DNA of 10,021 nucleotides, taken from positions 1 to 10,021 of the forward strand of contig JAEOTQ010000159.1 of NCBI GenBank assembly GCA_016839785.1, written 5' to 3'. Each line of letters starts with the position of its first letter. Position 1 is the stretch's first letter. Positions 6,945 to 10,021 of the stretch are shown here, piece after piece. The notes beneath the pieces were generated by a model. It saw nothing but the letters and a program-made list of their open reading frames with translations. It was not told the origin of the DNA and ran no database searches. The position numbers were made by a program, and so were the translations under genes. The DNA is from Candidatus Hodarchaeota archaeon (GTDB lineage: Archaea > Asgardarchaeota > Heimdallarchaeia > Hodarchaeales > Hodarchaeaceae).

Positions 6945-7884
6945 GCATTACTCGCCAAAGTGGTTTTTCTAGAAGAAGGGGAATTTCATCTTCTATATCC
7001 GATTTAAGGAGAAGTAAGAATGGTTGTATAAGCTCTTTATCAACTAAGGTTTCAGCTGGGTGTGTCTTAAATGTGATATTTTTTGACATATCCTCCGACG
7101 AAATGTCAAAATATATTCTACCATCAGGAAATTCGGGAGGAAAAGACATCAATATCAGTAAATTAAACTTCTCTATTTTACTTATTGATTTAATCTGAAA
7201 TGGATATAGAAATGATAAGACCTTCTCATTGGGTAATTGTCCAGGAAACTCTTGAATATCTTTGATTGAGGATAAATGATCAAAAAGAATGAGAAGTTCA
7301 GATTTCACTTCAGATAAGATCTTCGATGGAACTCCCTTTTCTTTCAATACAGGCCTATCTTCAACTAGATCGTCTTTAAGAAACGTAAGATTCTTCTGAG
7401 ATATTCGACGAGTAAGAAATGAATTATTTTCTGTAATGCTTTCGAAACCTCTGAAGTATACCTCAATAATCGGTTCGCGTTCTTCTTCTGAAAGAAAATT
7501 AATAATAAATGTTAGAATGAAATTCAAATGAGGATTGTTGATGAAAAATTCATGAATTTGTCCATGATCTCCATGTGAAGGTCCTCCATATCCAGGATGC
7601 TTGTGCCAATTTCCTAAATATTTCAGTTCCTCCTGTGCAAGAATAGTCTTGGCATACTCGGGATTAATTTCAAAATAAGCCGATTTTCGCACACAGTTGT
7701 CGTCAGAAGGTATATAAGTTTTTAGAATTTCTATTGTCAGATTATTGCCTTCTTCAATGAGATTTCCAAATAGCATCCCACCAGTTTCAATCCCTGGCCA
7801 TAATAATCCCTCGTTAACCATCTCATCGTAGGTATTTTCATCAATACGAACGAAAATAGACTCCTCTTGATGGGAATACAACAA
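6937..7884 (-). CDS. JAB/MPN+ (JAMM) metalloprotease with C-terminal probable E2/RWD-like domain
   Basis: 315 aa, TTG start (7884 or 7881) after AGGGGA. ETGGMLFG (Glu33) and YLGNWHKHPGYGGPSHGD (H94, H96, S103, D106). The C-terminal half contains LLILMSFPPEFPDG, resembling the UBC/RWD FPxxYP motif, and has no Cys. Confidence 0.88.
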   Translation of the reverse strand: MLYSHQEESIFVRIDENTYDEMVNEGLLWPGIETGGMLFGNLIEEGNNLTIEILKTYIPSDDNCVRKSAYFEINPEYAKTILAQEELKYLGNWHKHPGYGGPSHGDHGQIHEFFINNPHLNFILTFIINFLSEEEREPIIEVYFRGFESITENNSFLTRRISQKNLTFLKDDLVEDRPVLKEKGVPSKILSEVKSELLILFDHLSSIKDIQEFPGQLPNEKVLSFLYPFQIKSISKIEKFNLLILMSFPPEFPDGRIYFDISSEDMSKNITFKTHPAETLVDKELIQPFLLLLKSDIEDEIPLLLEKPLWRVMHE

Positions 7885-7928
7885 AAAATCCCCTGAATAG
7901 ATTTAAAAACAAATTATAGAAGATTTAA

Positions 7929-8030
7929 TCAGTAATGTTTTGAAATTGGTACCGTATCTTTGTTCTTTTCAGCATCTTCGGTTGCTTTTTCTTTTGATTC
8001 TGTGTCAACTCTTTTAACTGGTCGAGGCAT
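7929..8030 (-). CDS. Possible 33-aa charged small protein at the head of the JAB-E1-E2-E2 cassette
   Basis: MPRPVKRVDTESKEKATEDAEKNKDTVPISKHY*. ATG 8030-8028 with GGAG (8043-8040) 9 nt upstream. It is the distal part of track ORF 7929-8174. No homology recognised. Confidence 0.4.
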   Translation of the reverse strand: MPRPVKRVDTESKEKATEDAEKNKDTVPISKHY

Positions 8031-8048
8031 TGTATTTCGCTCCAATCG

Positions 8049-8066
8049 TATGTAATTAAATACATA
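8049..8066. promoter_or_regulatory. Near-perfect 18-bp palindrome overlapping a TATA-like box; candidate operator/promoter of the cassette
   Basis: TATGTA-ATTAAA-TACATA (16/18 self-complementary). The minus strand reads CGAAATATGTA-TTTAATTA, about 23-30 nt upstream of ATG 8030. Confidence 0.4.
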
Positions 8067-8152
8067 TTTCGTAGATTTATTAATCTTTACTTCTGGGAAA
8101 AGTAATGTATCGCTGATGTTAATTTTTGAGTCAAGTAAAATAGATCGAAATA

Positions 8153-8539
8153 TCATTGATACTTCGATGGACACTTAGTACTTATCATAGAGGCTTTGAA
8201 TGTCCAGATATTTGTAATAGAGAGAAGTTTTCCTTCAACAACCACAGTCCTATCTAGTTCTAAACCTGTTGGTCTTTCTACATTAACAGCTACAACGTAA
8301 ATCTTTAAGGAGGTATTTTCCACCTGTGGATCGATAATTGTGAAATGGGTAGAATTTATCTCTGTAACATTGCCTACAATTTGAATTCTTCGATCTATAA
8401 ACGATTCAGCCTTGGGGTCATCCATAAGTTCCTTTACACTGTATATGGGAACAGATGATCCAACAAGTAATATAAACAGTGCTCCAACACAAACAGCAAT
8501 TACTGCTCCTGCAAGAAGTATGTTTTTCGCATTAGCCAT
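8153..8539 (-). CDS. ccmE: Cytochrome c maturation heme chaperone CcmE, CxxxY variant
   Basis: 128 aa. N-terminal membrane anchor, OB-fold-like IQIVGNV...HFTIID...VVVEG, and C-terminal FKASMISTKCPSKY. Lies 3 nt downstream of ccmF, with GGTGA upstream. Confidence 0.93.
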   Translation of the reverse strand: MANAKNILLAGAVIAVCVGALFILLVGSSVPIYSVKELMDDPKAESFIDRRIQIVGNVTEINSTHFTIIDPQVENTSLKIYVVAVNVERPTGLELDRTVVVEGKLLSITNIWTFKASMISTKCPSKYQ

Positions 8540-8542
8540 TAT

Positions 8543-10021
8543 TTACATCACCATTTTTTTTGTTACCTTAACTCCCTCATTTTCGTCTTTAATATCTTCT
8601 TGTTCGTCTTGAATTGAAAATACCTTTTTTAAAGATATATATCGTCCAATTATTAATGGGATTATCGCGAAATGTAATAATATGCATCCAGCCCAAAGGA
8701 TATTTATATTAGGAATAATTTTTACATGAAGCATAACGGCTGTAAATCCTAAGAGAGGATGATTATAAAAATTTGCATCTAACTGAGGATCCCAAAGTGT
8801 CACAATATATATGTCACTTAGAAAATTACTAATGATTGTTACATCTTGACCCTTACGATTATATACCCCAAACCGTTCATAGGCATTATCCCAGTATAGT
8901 GAACTGATTCCGAAACCAATTACTCGAGATCCTGAAGAGATCATAAATTTAGTATTAAATTCAACACTGTGCAACCCAGATTGTGGGACAACTCTCTCTA
9001 AATCAAGTATAGTTAATTTCAATGAGGTTCCAGTTATATCTATATTGTCACCATTAGAAGCGGGAATATATTGTGAATTTGTCATGTTTGTACTCATCAA
9101 TGCTCCTAGAATTATAATTAAGAAAGACAAATGTAACATAACTTGAGAGGTTTTTCGGATGAAATCTTTTTCTTCCTTCAATGCGATTTTAATAAATTCT
9201 ATTATCAAGCCAATTATGCCTAATAGGATTAATGGAATAACTAGGTTTGCTTTCTCACTAGTAGTCCAAAAATTACTCAAAATTGCAATTATAGGATTGT
9301 TTGAACCTAAAAATGAACTTAAAGAACCCGTACGATAGAAGTAGCCAGTAACAGAGAAAATAATTCCTGCAGTAACTCCTCCAATTAATAATTGGAATTT
9401 ACGATTAATAGTCATCCGTGGGAAGAAAGTACAAAAGAATTGAGCGAGTAACATAGCTCCACCGAATATTGTGATGATAGTATTGTAAATCGGTTGATCG
9501 ATAACAATTCTTCCTTGAAAACCTTGGTAACTGAGTGTAAATATATAGCCTAGCATATCATAGATCACTGGAGTTATCAAAGCAAAAATGATAATGTATG
9601 TTCCAATCAAACCTGCAATAAATGATATTTTTAATGCGGTAATTCGGGCTCGATTAGGTTGGAAATCTTTTCTGCCTATAAATAAGGGAATATTTCCTAT
9701 TTCCCTTCTCGTAAATCCATATATATGAGGAAGGAGAAATGAAATTGAAATGAGTAGAAAAAGAATTAATATTCTTTCTTCAGGAATAAAGCGAAGAATC
9801 ATGCTCATCAAAAAACTATTTTTAGGTATGATTATTACTAGAAGTCTTTCAAAGGATCCAGAAGGAACAAACGCATGAACACTTGTAATTATTCCACCTC
9901 GTGTTATGTACGTGACAAATAATGCCCCAATGTAACTCATACTGACAATATAGTTATTTAAGTACTCATGTTTACGTAAAAAGGGTCTTCCATGGAAATA
10001 AAGAGTAATAAAAAGCCAAGG
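8543..10021 (-). CDS. ccmF: Cytochrome c biogenesis heme lyase CcmF (partial, 5' end beyond window)
   Basis: The frame is open from the window edge: PWLFITLYFHGRPFLRKHEYLNNYIVS-MSYIGALFVTYITRGGIITSVHAF carries the CcmF PWL...H and TR.G...SVHAF motifs. Many TM helices, HLSFLIIILG, and C-terminal KIIPNINILWAG. The Met at 9940 is internal. Confidence 0.92.
   Translation of the reverse strand, partial: PWLFITLYFHGRPFLRKHEYLNNYIVSMSYIGALFVTYITRGGIITSVHAFVPSGSFERLLVIIIPKNSFLMSMILRFIPEERILILFLLISISFLLPHIYGFTRREIGNIPLFIGRKDFQPNRARITALKISFIAGLIGTYIIIFALITPVIYDMLGYIFTLSYQGFQGRIVIDQPIYNTIITIFGGAMLLAQFFCTFFPRMTINRKFQLLIGGVTAGIIFSVTGYFYRTGSLSSFLGSNNPIIAILSNFWTTSEKANLVIPLILLGIIGLIIEFIKIALKEEKDFIRKTSQVMLHLSFLIIILGALMSTNMTNSQYIPASNGDNIDITGTSLKLTILDLERVVPQSGLHSVEFNTKFMISSGSRVIGFGISSLYWDNAYERFGVYNRKGQDVTIISNFLSDIYIVTLWDPQLDANFYNHPLLGFTAVMLHVKIIPNINILWAGCILLHFAIIPLIIGRYISLKKVFSIQDEQEDIKDENEGVKVTKKMVM

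Noticed and set aside
6585-7854. Shared pentapeptide FVRID in the JAB N-terminus and the E1 linker
   Set aside because: Different structural contexts (first JAB strand versus the pre-ThiF Arg motif) and different codons, so likely coincidence.
4790-7884. Calling the cassette CBASS, Bil/Bub, ThiS/MoaD sulfur transfer or a canonical Asgard ubiquitin operon
   Set aside because: No CD-NTase, effector, Ubl, RING E3, rhodanese or thiamine/Moco genes in the window, and the architecture (separate E1, two free E2s, JAB-RWD-like fusion) does not match those systems as I know them.
491-8079. 14-nt inverted match TAAATCTACGAAAT (491-504 and 8066-8079) as terminal inverted repeats
   Set aside because: One copy lies inside a coding region, there is no transposase or target duplication, and a match this long is plausible by chance in 10 kb of AT-rich DNA.
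8031-8174. 81-aa ORF 7929-8174 as the missing ubiquitin-like protein
   Set aside because: The size fits, but there is no beta-grasp pattern or C-terminal Gly, the start overlaps ccmE, and the 5' half crosses promoter-like AT-rich DNA. Only the last 33 codons are kept as a candidate.
8412-8612. 66-aa + strand ORF
   Set aside because: Antisense to ccmE and ccmF.
1-10021. tRNA, rRNA, CRISPR array, transposase or integrase; alternative genetic code
   Set aside because: None seen. Intergenic gaps are short and AT-rich with no spaced repeats. TGA, TAA and TAG all end well-supported genes, and Trp is encoded by TGG.

Overview
AT-rich window, probably archaeal. The combination of CxxxY-type CcmE, EDYPGLAKT-type MoxR, CTERM-like Thr-rich surface proteins and GGAGG/GGTGA ribosome-binding sites suggests an Asgard/Heimdallarchaeia-like host, but that is inference. 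Nearly all genes are on the minus strand. From right to left: the 3' part of ccmF and then ccmE (cytochrome c maturation, System I variant); a possible 33-aa leader ORF behind a palindromic promoter site; a tightly coupled four-gene ubiquitin-like conjugation cassette (JAB/MPN+ protease with a C-terminal E2/RWD-like domain, ThiF/E1-like adenylase, two tandem E2/UBC-fold paralogs) with no ubiquitin-like modifier, E3, CD-NTase or effector visible; two divergent secreted Thr/Ser-rich membrane-anchored proteins, one interrupted by a single in-frame TGA just after its signal peptide; and a moxR / DUF4129 / membrane-protein operon that runs off the left edge. The intergenic DNA at 3553-3621 is a decayed copy of the 3' end of the last E2 gene, so the + strand surface-protein gene is bracketed by a degenerate direct repeat.
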